DNA from: Bacteroidota bacterium | GTDB taxonomy: Bacteria; Bacteroidota; Bacteroidia; Flavobacteriales_D; Crocinitomicaceae | Length of the DNA stretch: 64,000 nt | Assembly (NCBI GenBank): GCA_016192075.1 | Contig: JACPUU010000015.1 | Span: 39,951 to 103,950 of the forward strand | Reading direction: 5' to 3' | Part shown: in pieces, positions 48,711-58,108 of the stretch | Numbering within the stretch: position 1 is the stretch's first letter | Layout of the letters: each line of letters begins with the position of its first letter | Program-made: the position numbers and the translations under genes | Notes under the pieces: generated by a model | The model's database searches: none | What the model saw: only the letters and a program-made list of their open reading frames with translations | Told to the model about the DNA's origin: nothing

Positions 48711-49553
48711 ATGAAACAGGTGGTGTTGTTTGTTTTGGTGATGACGGGGGCTGGTTTGCAGGCGCAGCATAAATACCGTTTCAGTGTGGGTGGTGGTTTT
48801 CATTCGTTGATGTTTTGGGGATTCCGCAGTTTTGAAGGCGTAAACTGCCCGGCAGATTACAGCGTTTTACGAATCTATAACACCGAAAAATATACAGTTG
48901 ATTATCGTAATTTTTCAAGTTCTGTAGACTATTCGTATGGCTTTTCGGTTAACTGGGTTAACAGAAAAAACATACTGATAAGTCAGCGGTTTTCTTATTT
49001 CAAAGGCACGCTTCACGACGGGTTGAGACTCAAGCTAACCGCTGTTGGCGATGGTTCTTTGGCCTATTATCCATTGAGTGAATTTAATGCTTCCAATACA
49101 GGTGTCGGGTCAGTTGCTGCCCTGACTCTTGATTCAGAACTTACCGGTTATGCAACGGCCCTGGTGTGTTATACAAATTCTGCAATTAAAAATGTACAGG
49201 TTGGAGGAGGGGTTTATTTTAACGCGTTTCTATCCCATGATCTTTGGTGGAACAGCGCTGAAAATGTGATTGAAGAAGGATACCACCCCGTTTACTTGGA
49301 TAGAGGTTCAGGATATTACGGAACAAAACAAATCGGGCTGTCGGCAAATTTAATCTGGAGCTGGAAATTTATTCACTGCTATTTAAATTTGGGCAACAGT
49401 ATTATTACAACAAAAAAGGCAGAAAATAAAGGGAAATGGTACGGTAAATTTACGTTTTTTCCAACCTCACATAACTTCGATTACCGTTTCCCGCTCAGTA
49501 TAGAAACCGGCATCGCAGTTTCGTTTGATAAAATCAAAAAAAGAAAGGAGTAA
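48711..49553 (+). CDS. hypothetical secreted protein, possible outer-membrane beta-barrel
   Basis: 280 aa. Signal peptide MKQVVLFVLVMTGAGLQAQ and Gly/aromatic alternating segments. Confidence 0.35.
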   Translation: MKQVVLFVLVMTGAGLQAQHKYRFSVGGGFHSLMFWGFRSFEGVNCPADYSVLRIYNTEKYTVDYRNFSSSVDYSYGFSVNWVNRKNILISQRFSYFKGTLHDGLRLKLTAVGDGSLAYYPLSEFNASNTGVGSVAALTLDSELTGYATALVCYTNSAIKNVQVGGGVYFNAFLSHDLWWNSAENVIEEGYHPVYLDRGSGYYGTKQIGLSANLIWSWKFIHCYLNLGNSIITTKKAENKGKWYGKFTFFPTSHNFDYRFPLSIETGIAVSFDKIKKRKE

Positions 49554-49575
49554 CTTTTTTGGTGCTCCGTTGTTT

Positions 49576-50157
49576 TTACTCCAGCAAATAACTTACATCC
49601 ATCACAAAATCAGGGGTTGACCAATCGGCTAACGAATCAAGCAGGGTTTCAATTTTTTGATCCCAGGCGGTTTGTTGTTCTTTCTTTTTGGAATGGTCGG
49701 TTTCCAGGTCATAAGCATCTTGCGTTTTGTCGCATGCGGCTGAGTTTTTGATAAACACCTTTTGTACATCCGAACCTATCGTTTCGTAGGTCTTAAATTT
49801 CAGTTCCTGAATTTCTTTGCGCAGCATTCTGGCGTAAAGTTCTGTAATGTCAAAATGGCCTTGCTCATGTTTGAGAATGTAGTCGTCAACATTTTTTTTC
49901 TTCCATGATTTTTTAGGATAAAAAGCAGACTCTACCGAGAAGCTGATGCTGCTGCCCTCACCGCCGTAGTTCAGTACAATGGCTGAATGTGTCAGTGCCA
50001 CGTAAGGACTTGAAGCGGGGGCAAAGCCCTTAAAATCAGTCCAGGCAAGCGGGCGTTGATTCCAGTAGATATAAGCCTTTTCACGTTCAACCTGACTGAA
50101 TGAGAAAAAGGTGAGTATACCAATAAGGGTCAGAAAACCAAACAGTTTGTATTTCAT
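49576..50157 (-). CDS. DUF922-like putative secreted Zn metalloprotease
   Basis: HEQGH (HExxH) within ILKHEQGHFDITELYARMLRKE. Signal peptide MKYKLFGFLTLIGILTFFSFSQ from ATG 50157 (the track start at 50253 would overlap the globin gene). Confidence 0.5.
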   Translation of the reverse strand: MKYKLFGFLTLIGILTFFSFSQVEREKAYIYWNQRPLAWTDFKGFAPASSPYVALTHSAIVLNYGGEGSSISFSVESAFYPKKSWKKKNVDDYILKHEQGHFDITELYARMLRKEIQELKFKTYETIGSDVQKVFIKNSAACDKTQDAYDLETDHSKKKEQQTAWDQKIETLLDSLADWSTPDFVMDVSYLLE

Positions 50158-50177
50158 AGCGTAGCGGGCATCAAAAG

Positions 50178-50555
50178 TTATACCGTATTTACCATGTGGT
50201 TTGCCACCTGTGGAAAACAGTTGTACAGGGCCGTTTTCAGCTGCGGGTCCCAATCAAGTGTTTCAATAGATTCCTTCATAATCCGCAGCCATTCATCACG
50301 GCCCTCCGGTGTAATTGCATGGGGCAAATGCCGTGCGCGCATACGGGGCACGCCGTATTTTTCATTATACCGTGGCGGCCCGCCCAGGAACTGGGTTAGA
50401 AAGCAATATTGTTTGTCAAGAATGACCTCTTTTTGGGTATGATTAAACAGCGGCCCGATAACCGGGCTGGAAAAAGCCTTGTTGTAAAACGTGTTCAGAA
50501 GTTGCAGAAGTCGCTGATCTCCCAGTAATTCATAAAGTGTTTGATGCTCTTTCAT
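50178..50555 (-). CDS. truncated hemoglobin (group II-like globin)
   Basis: 125 aa. LYELLGDQRLLQLLNTFY, FLTQFLGGPPRY and MRARHLPHAIT (proximal His region). Confidence 0.75.
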   Translation of the reverse strand: MKEHQTLYELLGDQRLLQLLNTFYNKAFSSPVIGPLFNHTQKEVILDKQYCFLTQFLGGPPRYNEKYGVPRMRARHLPHAITPEGRDEWLRIMKESIETLDWDPQLKTALYNCFPQVANHMVNTV

Positions 50556-50614
50556 AGAACTAGTTTGGCATGAATTGTGACACTTTTGGTAAATTTACGG
50601 TATATTTACGTTGA

Positions 50615-51805
50615 ATGCAGATTTGTCGTGGTTTTATAGCATTGATTTTAGCGCTTGGCAGTGCGGTTTCGTTTGGCCAGGGATTTAAAATGCATTATTC
50701 CAGTTCATTTGCTGATTGTTTTGGCGCTGTTGAAGTCTTTGATTACACCGTTGAATCACAAATTCAGTTTCCGGGCAACTACGGTCAGCGTGATGATTTC
50801 ATGAACATGTATCCTGATTTTCATGAAGTCAACTCCGTTTGGCTGAGGCTTGAACCGAATGTGGAAGGTACTTTTGAATTCGAAATTTTTACTGAAAACA
50901 ACGTTGATTTCAGCTATTTTCTTTTCCGCGCAGATGACAATACGTTTTGTGAAAAATTAGAATCCGATCGCGTTAGTCCGGTGTTGTATGACATGTCTAT
51001 GTATTACACCAAAGGTATTGAAGAAAACCCGCGGGGTGAAAACTTTAAACCTTCTGTTGCTGCTCAAATGGGTGATGTTTTTTACCTGCTGATTCATACC
51101 AATTCAACCTACACCGGCAAGGTTCGTGTCCGGTACAACCGGGTTGGAACCGTGGGTATAACCCGCTCTAAAGTTCAGGACTACCGCAAAAACAAAGATG
51201 ATCATTTTGTGCGCCTGAAAATACGTGATAAAGAAACAGGTGAACCCATTGAGGCCAACCTGATTATCAGTGGCGTTAACCAGGACAATGCCTTGTTTAT
51301 GGGTACTGATTTTATTTTTAGTTCAACCTCTGCCAAATCACTGTACATAGAATCCAATACCCAGGGTTATTTTATTTATGTGAGAGAAATTGTAATGGAA
51401 AAAGATCCGGACACGGATACCGAAATTGTACTGGAACTGGAGAAGCTGGCGCCGGGTAAAAAACTGCTGCTTGAAGACATAAAATTTTCTACTGATTCGG
51501 ACGAATTTCTACCCATTTCCATGCCTGCGTTGAAGCGGCTGCTTGATTTTCTGGCATTGAATGAAACGGTGCGCATTGAAATTCAGGGGCACGTCAATGA
51601 CCCCGGGAATAAAGACCCCAAACATTCCATGGCACTTTCTGAAGATCGTGCAAAAGCAGTTAAGCGCTGGCTGAAAGAAAACGGAATTGATGAAGCCAGG
51701 TTGGTGGCGGTAGGTTATGGTGCCACGCAAATGATTTATGAAAAGCCTAAAAATTCAGATGAAGAAGAGGCTAATCGCCGGGTGACCATAATGATTATTG
51801 AATAA
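50615..51805 (+). CDS. OmpA-family protein (C-terminal peptidoglycan-binding domain)
   Basis: 396 aa with a signal peptide. The C-terminal OmpA-like domain carries IQGHVNDPGN, LSEDRAKAVKRWL, VGYG and NRRVTIMI. Confidence 0.8.
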   Translation: MQICRGFIALILALGSAVSFGQGFKMHYSSSFADCFGAVEVFDYTVESQIQFPGNYGQRDDFMNMYPDFHEVNSVWLRLEPNVEGTFEFEIFTENNVDFSYFLFRADDNTFCEKLESDRVSPVLYDMSMYYTKGIEENPRGENFKPSVAAQMGDVFYLLIHTNSTYTGKVRVRYNRVGTVGITRSKVQDYRKNKDDHFVRLKIRDKETGEPIEANLIISGVNQDNALFMGTDFIFSSTSAKSLYIESNTQGYFIYVREIVMEKDPDTDTEIVLELEKLAPGKKLLLEDIKFSTDSDEFLPISMPALKRLLDFLALNETVRIEIQGHVNDPGNKDPKHSMALSEDRAKAVKRWLKENGIDEARLVAVGYGATQMIYEKPKNSDEEEANRRVTIMIIE

Positions 51806-51807
51806 CC

Positions 51808-52482
51808 ATGGCATTGATTCTGAATCTTGAAACAGCAACCAAAGTTTGTTCTGTTACCCTGGCTGAAAATGGGGAAGAATGTATTACCCGGGAAATTTCT
51901 ACGACACATTTTTCACACGCTGAAAACCTGAATGTTTTTATTGAGCAAGTGATGCATCAGTCCGGTAAAAAATTGGCTGAGCTCGATGCCGTTGCTGTGA
52001 GTGAAGGCCCAGGATCCTACACCGGTTTGCGCATTGGAGCATCTACGGCAAAAGGACTTTGTTATGCACTCGATATTCCGCTTATTGCCATCAATTCACT
52101 GCGTTCACTGGCCAGCCTTGTAAAGACTGAGTGTGATTTGATTTGCCCCATGTTTGATGCCATGCGCATGGAAGTATATGCGGCTGTATTTGATACAAAG
52201 CTACGCGAGGTCAGGGCAACCGAAGCTGTAATTATTGAGCCGCATTCGTATGCTGATTTATTGGCTGAAAAGCGAATGGTATTCGTTGGCCCGGGTGCGG
52301 CTAAATGTCAGGATGTTATCACACACTCCAATGCCGCTTTTGATCTTTCAGTACTTGTTTCTGCAAGGGGAATGGCTGCATTGGCACAGGCAAAATTTAC
52401 AGAAAAAGCCTTTGAGGACATGGCCTATTTCGAACCTTTTTATCTGAAAGATTTTATTGCCGGAAAAAAGAAGCAGGAATAA
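51808..52482 (+). CDS. tsaB: tRNA threonylcarbamoyladenosine biosynthesis protein TsaB
   Basis: 224 aa. ILNLETATKVCSV and SEGPGSYTGLRIGASTAKG. Confidence 0.85.
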   Translation: MALILNLETATKVCSVTLAENGEECITREISTTHFSHAENLNVFIEQVMHQSGKKLAELDAVAVSEGPGSYTGLRIGASTAKGLCYALDIPLIAINSLRSLASLVKTECDLICPMFDAMRMEVYAAVFDTKLREVRATEAVIIEPHSYADLLAEKRMVFVGPGAAKCQDVITHSNAAFDLSVLVSARGMAALAQAKFTEKAFEDMAYFEPFYLKDFIAGKKKQE

Positions 52483-52515
52483 CACTTCACCGACTGGTTT
52501 ACCTAGTCAGATAAA

Positions 52516-53895
52516 TTATTCCAGCGTCATTTTTTTGAGCAATGTGCCGGTTTTAAGATTCAGCTGAATAAAATAAATGCCACCTTCCAGTGCAGTCAGA
52601 TCAATGCTGTTTTGAAAACCAACGGCGTAATAAACTTCTCTTCCGGATGCATTAAAAATCTGAATCGACTCCACTTCGCCGGCATCTTTTGAACAAGCTA
52701 AATTAAAGACACCATTTGATGGATTCGGGTAAACATGCAGTACATTTTCTGTTGAACTGTTGCTGCGGCAATTGGTAACAGAAATGGTTTTAAGATCTTT
52801 GGAAAATCCGTCGTAGTCTGTTTGTTTAACACGGTAGTAAGTAATATCACCAAAAGAAATTTGTGAATCGGAATAGGTATAGTTTGAGAACTCAGATGAA
52901 TTTCCGGCACCTTTAATTGTTCCGGATAATTGCCAGTTAACACCATCCGTGCTGCGTTCAATAGTGAAGTAATCGTTGTTCATTTCAGATGCGGTGCTCC
53001 AGCTCAGCATCGTATAAACTTCATCGCAGCGTCCTTCAAAATTCAAAAGTTCAATGGGTAAAACGTTGGAACCTGAAATGGAAGCAAGGCTGAAAACCCC
53101 ATAGGTGTTAATGGCTGAAGAAGATGCAACGGTTCCCGAAACGGTTGTACCGGTAGTGCTGCCATTCCCTTCATCTTTCCACTGAGTGCCGTCCCACCGG
53201 GCAACCCGCAGATCAGGTAAATAATCTACACCGCAGCTGCGCGGCGTATTCCAGCTAAGGGTCACTGTTGTACCCGAAGAACCGGCTGTTTGATTAATAG
53301 TCCAGTATTCACATTGTGAAACGTGATCAAGACTTGCATCTTTACTGTCTACGTCATACAACGCATCAGGGTCAATCTCAAAATATTCTGCCTTAAACTG
53401 ATCCGTAGCCAATGACGGTGCAGAAATGGTAACAGGGGCGTATGCCGTATTTTTTCCAACCGGAAATTCAAAAGCCTGGTTACCTGTTTTACTCATTGGT
53501 CCCGAAACAAAACTGGCATTGCTGGCACCTGATGTGGTAGCTGTGCTGGTAAGTGTAAGCAATGATGCTGTTGATGAATAAATGTATCCGTCAGTCAGTG
53601 CCAGGTTACCGCGCACGGTCATGTTCTGGCTCAGCGTAACGCCCGTTGCACTGGTATTATTTACGGTCAGGTTATTAAAGGTGATGGCAGCGCTTCCATC
53701 AACTGTCTGAGCATTGCTTCCGCGCATGGTAACAACGGTTGATGAATCTGTAAATGTACCGCTGTTGGTTACGTTGCCATAAAAAGCAACGTTTGCACCC
53801 GAATGCAGTTGCAGATTGCCCGAGTTACTGAATTGTGCATTCAGCAGGGTTGATGCACTTAAAAGCATCCAGCAGAAACTGATTTTCCGGTTCAT
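52516..53895 (-). CDS. T9SS type-A C-terminal sorting domain protein (beta-helix-like N-terminal region)
   Basis: 459 aa with a signal peptide. The N-terminal half is rich in N/T/S/G repeats. The C-terminal CTD reads VYPNPSNGVFNL ... IQIFNASGREVYY ... GIYFIQLNLKTGTLLKKMTLE. Confidence 0.75.
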   Translation of the reverse strand: MNRKISFCWMLLSASTLLNAQFSNSGNLQLHSGANVAFYGNVTNSGTFTDSSTVVTMRGSNAQTVDGSAAITFNNLTVNNTSATGVTLSQNMTVRGNLALTDGYIYSSTASLLTLTSTATTSGASNASFVSGPMSKTGNQAFEFPVGKNTAYAPVTISAPSLATDQFKAEYFEIDPDALYDVDSKDASLDHVSQCEYWTINQTAGSSGTTVTLSWNTPRSCGVDYLPDLRVARWDGTQWKDEGNGSTTGTTVSGTVASSSAINTYGVFSLASISGSNVLPIELLNFEGRCDEVYTMLSWSTASEMNNDYFTIERSTDGVNWQLSGTIKGAGNSSEFSNYTYSDSQISFGDITYYRVKQTDYDGFSKDLKTISVTNCRSNSSTENVLHVYPNPSNGVFNLACSKDAGEVESIQIFNASGREVYYAVGFQNSIDLTALEGGIYFIQLNLKTGTLLKKMTLE

Positions 53896-53903
53896 AAGTA
53901 CAA

Positions 53904-55319
53904 TTATTTAATGGCCAGATTCATGGTTTGCACGGTAAGGTCGGTAGCAGCCGTTTCATTCTCAACCCACACTTCAAGATAGTCGTTCGGTGCCAGGTTA
54001 ATGGTGCACGACATGGTAATTGGTCCCTGGTCGGTACTGTTAACAATTTTCACTTCCTGGCGTGATTCGGTTAGAATAGTACCGTTTTTAGCGATGTAAA
54101 ACGAAAAGTACTTATTGCTTGAAGGCTGTGTCGCTGTGAGTGAACAAATAACCTGGAACGTACGTTCTTTGGCACCTGTGTAAACTAACCGGTTATCTGC
54201 AGGTGATGTAACCCTGAAGAGGTTTACAGCCGTGGTAGTCCCCAATACTTTTACCGGGGTATTTGCAACGGAAATAACTGTAGTTGCAGGCGTTGAAATA
54301 TAGAGATTCCCGGCTGCAACACCATCTTTTTCAGTCAGCAAACCTGATGATTCCACCTCCCATTCATTGGAGAATGTTCCGCTGATATAGGTTCCGCTGC
54401 CTACGAACATGATTACTTTGATGGATGCTGCAACTACGCTGGTGATACCGCTAATGTGTTCGGCAACGGCTGAGTTTGTTGAGCTTACAAGTCTGTCTCC
54501 ACCCAAAATCTGGATCACGTTAAATGTTCCAATGAATTTTTCATATACGTTGGAATTTGAAATATCCCAGAGGGTATTATTCAAAACCACATTGTAGTCA
54601 TCTTCAAATGTAATTCCGTTTGTATTGTAGAAAAAAGCAACCGTTCCAAAAAATACCGTGCCGCCAACATCCTGAACAACACCAATTGAATTGCACCCGA
54701 TAAAAAAGCAGTTTTGAACAATCAGGTTTTGAGCGGTGCCGGCTGCATTTATATTAAAAACCTTTCCTGAAGAGGATGTTAATGTAAGGTAACTGATATT
54801 GCCTACCTTATCTCCGGTAAACATTTCTTCTGTTCCGGTATAAACAATTTTGTCGTTTGACGCATCGTCTCCCTGTATAGCACACCCGTTCAGGTTAATT
54901 TTATCTGACAGGGTAATGGTGCCGTTAAACTCGTAAAGAACACCTGCTGTCAGTGTAATAATTCCACCAACCGGTGCCGGCAGATCTGCTGTTGATTTGA
55001 CCAGTACAAAATTTTTGCGATCGGGTGCAATGGAAACCCATGCCGCGCCGTCCCAATAATAGTAACCGTCTTCCAGTGTACCACCATTGCTGTATACCAG
55101 CATTCCTTCAGGTACCGGGGCAGTCAGGGGTGATGCACTTGTCAGGGAGTTCAATGCCATTCGGGGTGGTAGAAAGCCTTTGTTTGTGCTCTCCATCTCA
55201 AGGAGCGAGTTTGCGTCTATGGTGGTTGAATTGTCGCCTATTTTAACCTGGGCAGTAAGGTTACCGCCGGGGAGTAAAATAACAAGGGACAAGACGAGTA
55301 GAATTTGTTTCATAATCAT
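53904..55319 (-). CDS. hypothetical secreted protein with a conserved Bacteroidota N-terminal head motif and a beta-helix-like core; no T9SS CTD
   Basis: 471 aa with signal peptide MIMKQILLVLSLVILL. Head segment: AQVKIGDNSTTIDANSLLEMESTNKGFLPPRMAL ... EGMLVYSNGG ... YYYWDGAAWVSI. An 8-nt gap separates it from the downstream T9SS cargo gene. Confidence 0.4.
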   Translation of the reverse strand: MIMKQILLVLSLVILLPGGNLTAQVKIGDNSTTIDANSLLEMESTNKGFLPPRMALNSLTSASPLTAPVPEGMLVYSNGGTLEDGYYYWDGAAWVSIAPDRKNFVLVKSTADLPAPVGGIITLTAGVLYEFNGTITLSDKINLNGCAIQGDDASNDKIVYTGTEEMFTGDKVGNISYLTLTSSSGKVFNINAAGTAQNLIVQNCFFIGCNSIGVVQDVGGTVFFGTVAFFYNTNGITFEDDYNVVLNNTLWDISNSNVYEKFIGTFNVIQILGGDRLVSSTNSAVAEHISGITSVVAASIKVIMFVGSGTYISGTFSNEWEVESSGLLTEKDGVAAGNLYISTPATTVISVANTPVKVLGTTTAVNLFRVTSPADNRLVYTGAKERTFQVICSLTATQPSSNKYFSFYIAKNGTILTESRQEVKIVNSTDQGPITMSCTINLAPNDYLEVWVENETAATDLTVQTMNLAIK

Positions 55320-55480
55320 GGTTTTTATGAAGGTTCAACAACATGTTTCCTGAAATCAAATAACTGAAAACTTGTCAACAACGATACTTATAACCTTCCC
55401 TGAGGGAGACTATGGTTTCCCATACGTTCGGAAAGTTGGGTGCATAGAACAAGCCTGGTAGTGGGCAGAGGCAATAAAGT

Positions 55481-55512
55481 AACGAGCGAAGTGCATTTGG
55501 CAAACGCTCGTT
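55481..55512 (-). terminator. hairpin after gpmI (AACGAGCG-N16-CGCTCGTT)
   Basis: Perfect 8-bp inverted repeat starting 21 nt after the gpmI stop. ACTTTATTG follows on the minus strand. Confidence 0.45.
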
Positions 55513-55532
55513 GTCTGGCAGAAGAGAGGTTG

Positions 55533-57050
55533 CTAACTGACCAGAATTCTTCCGGTCATTTCATTTGGTTTTTCAAGCCCCATCAGATGCAGAATAGTGG
55601 GTGCAACGTCAGCCAGAATGCCGTGTTCAACTTTTTTGACGGTTGAATCCAGTACAATAACAGGCACCGGGTTTAAGGAGTGTGCCGTGTTGGGCGACCC
55701 ATCGGGGTTAATAGCGTAATCAGAGTTTCCATGATCGGCAATAATCACAAATGAGTAGCCCGTTTTTGTACCTGCTTCAACTACCTGCTGCACACATTTA
55801 TCTACCACCTCAGCGGCTTTTAGTATGGCACTGTAAACGCCGGTGTGCCCTACCATATCTGTATTGGCAAAGTTTAAACAAATAAAATCAGGTGCGTTTT
55901 TTTCCATGTCAAAACAAACGGCATCTGCAATTTCGTGGGCGCTCATGTCGGGTTTCAGATCATAAGTGGCAACTTTAGGTGATTGAATCATGATGCGGCG
56001 CTCACCGTCAAATTCTTTTTCACGCCCGCCTGAAAAAAAGAAACTCACATGCGGGTATTTTTCTGTTTCAGCAATCCGTAACTGGGTGAGTTTATTTTTG
56101 GCTACAATTTCTCCCAGTGTGTTTTCAAGGTTATCTTTTTCAAATACAATGCGCACGTTTTTGAATGTGTCGTCATAGTTGGTCATGGTTACGTAATGAA
56201 GGTCCATACGTTTCATGCCATATTCCGGAAAATCCTGCTGGGTAAGGGCCATGGTAATTTCACGGCAGCGATCTGTTCTGAAATTAAATGAAATAACCAC
56301 ATCGCCGGGTTCAACAGTTGCAACCGGCTTACCGTTTTCTGTAACCACAAACGGCTTAATAAATTCGTCCGTTATTTCAGCTTTGTATGATTGTTCAATG
56401 GCTTCAATGGCTGCAGTGACTTCGGTTCCTTTTCCGTTAACCAGCAACTCATAGGCCAGCTGAATGCGTTCCCAGCGTTTATCACGGTCCATGGCATAAT
56501 ACCTGCCAACAACCGAAGCAATTTTACCGGTTGATTTTTTCAAATGCTTTTCAAGTTCTGAAATGTGACCATGACCGGTAGTTGGGTTGCAGTCGCGTCC
56601 ATCTGTAAAGGCATGAATAAAAAGTTTTTCAAATCCTTTTTTGTTGGCAAGATCACAGAGCGCATAAATATGTTCCTGTGATGAATGAACACCACCCGTA
56701 GAAACCAATCCCATCAGGTGAATTTTTTTCTGCTCTTTTTTTGCGTAATCAAATGCCGCATTGAGGGTTGGGTTGGTTTGAAATTCACCATCCCGTATGG
56801 CTTTGTTGATGCGGGTCAGTTCCTGGTAAACAATCCGTCCGGCACCAATGTTGAGGTGTCCTACTTCTGAATTTCCCATCTGGCCGTGTGGCAGTCCTAC
56901 ATTTTCACCATCCGTAAGCAGTTCAGCATTTGGATAATTTTTTTCAAGGCTATCCACAAACGGGGTATTGGCGTTGTAAATTCCGTCAGATTTGGTGTGA
57001 TCACCATGTCCCCAGCCGTCCAAAATAAGCAGTGCCACTTTTTTTGCCAT
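55533..57050 (-). CDS. gpmI: 2,3-bisphosphoglycerate-independent phosphoglycerate mutase
   Basis: 505 aa. LLILDGWGH, GQMGNSEVGHLNIGAGR, NFANTDMVGHTG and ADHGN. Confidence 0.95.
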   Translation of the reverse strand: MAKKVALLILDGWGHGDHTKSDGIYNANTPFVDSLEKNYPNAELLTDGENVGLPHGQMGNSEVGHLNIGAGRIVYQELTRINKAIRDGEFQTNPTLNAAFDYAKKEQKKIHLMGLVSTGGVHSSQEHIYALCDLANKKGFEKLFIHAFTDGRDCNPTTGHGHISELEKHLKKSTGKIASVVGRYYAMDRDKRWERIQLAYELLVNGKGTEVTAAIEAIEQSYKAEITDEFIKPFVVTENGKPVATVEPGDVVISFNFRTDRCREITMALTQQDFPEYGMKRMDLHYVTMTNYDDTFKNVRIVFEKDNLENTLGEIVAKNKLTQLRIAETEKYPHVSFFFSGGREKEFDGERRIMIQSPKVATYDLKPDMSAHEIADAVCFDMEKNAPDFICLNFANTDMVGHTGVYSAILKAAEVVDKCVQQVVEAGTKTGYSFVIIADHGNSDYAINPDGSPNTAHSLNPVPVIVLDSTVKKVEHGILADVAPTILHLMGLEKPNEMTGRILVS

Positions 57051-57053
57051 AAA

Positions 57054-57962
57054 TCAATTCGTTTTAAATTCTATAATTACCCGTAATCCCTGTGGTTTAT
57101 TGTCCAATAACGCAATATTCCCGCCATGTTGTTCTACCAGAAAACGTACAATAAACAATCCCAGGCCGGTTCCTTTTGACTTGCGTGTCATTTCATTTTC
57201 ATCTCTGTAAAAACGTTGAAAAGCAAGTTCTTTTTTATCGTCTGAAATACCAATGCCCTGATCAGCTATTTCAAGTATCAGGGTATTATTGCGTTCAGCT
57301 AGGGTAATAGAAATTTCGCTTGCCGCCGGTGAGTATTTTGCAGCATTTTGCAGCAAATTGGTAATGATGCTTACAAGTGATTCTTTATCTCCGGTCATTT
57401 GTGCCGGTTGCAGGTTCAACCGGATTGTGTGTTTTTTGAGAACAGATTCGTTCAGTGAATTGCAGACAGATTGAATGAGTTCATCCAGCTGCAGGGGTGA
57501 TTTGTTCAGGTAGTAATTTCTGTTTTCAATGCTTCGGGTTATCAGCAGGTTTGAAACCAGGCTTTCAAGCCGTTTTATTTCGTTCAGACTCTGGGCATAA
57601 ATTTCGTCGCGCCTGGCGGGATCAAGATCGCGCTTGCGCAATGTTTGCAGAAACAAGGTTATAGATGAAATAGGTGTTTTCAGTTCATGTGAAACAGATA
57701 ACAAAAAATTCTCCTGCATTTTATTCAGATCATGTTCTTTCTGGTAGGCACGCCTGATCATAAAAACACCACCAAAGAGTATGATGACAAAAACTGTTCC
57801 TTCACCCACCAGCATCATTGTTTTTTTCTCCAGCAGCACCGGGTCAGCATAGATCTTGCCATAGAGGCTGGCAATCAGGTACAGCCACCAGCTGAACTGT
57901 GTAACCACATAAATTACCAGCAGGTAAAATAAAAAAAGCGGATTGCGTATATAGCGCCTCAT
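57054..57962 (-). CDS. sensor histidine kinase (two N-terminal TM helices, no obvious sensor domain)
   Basis: H-box SVSHELKTPISSI, N-box LLQNAAKYS, G1 ADQGIGI, G2 GTGLGL. ATG 57962 is preferred over TTG 58001. A 3-nt gap separates it from the gpmI start. Confidence 0.85.
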   Translation of the reverse strand: MRRYIRNPLFLFYLLVIYVVTQFSWWLYLIASLYGKIYADPVLLEKKTMMLVGEGTVFVIILFGGVFMIRRAYQKEHDLNKMQENFLLSVSHELKTPISSITLFLQTLRKRDLDPARRDEIYAQSLNEIKRLESLVSNLLITRSIENRNYYLNKSPLQLDELIQSVCNSLNESVLKKHTIRLNLQPAQMTGDKESLVSIITNLLQNAAKYSPAASEISITLAERNNTLILEIADQGIGISDDKKELAFQRFYRDENEMTRKSKGTGLGLFIVRFLVEQHGGNIALLDNKPQGLRVIIEFKTN

Positions 57963-58108
57963 GTGCTGCAAAATTACGGGAATTTCGTTGAACAGCAGCA
58001 AGAATGCAGACTGACTTATATCAAAGCAATGCAGATTTTATAAACCTTTAACCAAAGGGTATTGCCTGATGGAATTATCCGTGAATGACGAACCGTTACT
58101 GAAAAGTG

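Noticed and set aside
55440-55646. 68-aa plus-strand ORF in the gpmI downstream region.
   Set aside because: It overlaps the gpmI 3' end on the antisense strand and spans the terminator hairpin. Nothing supports it as a gene.
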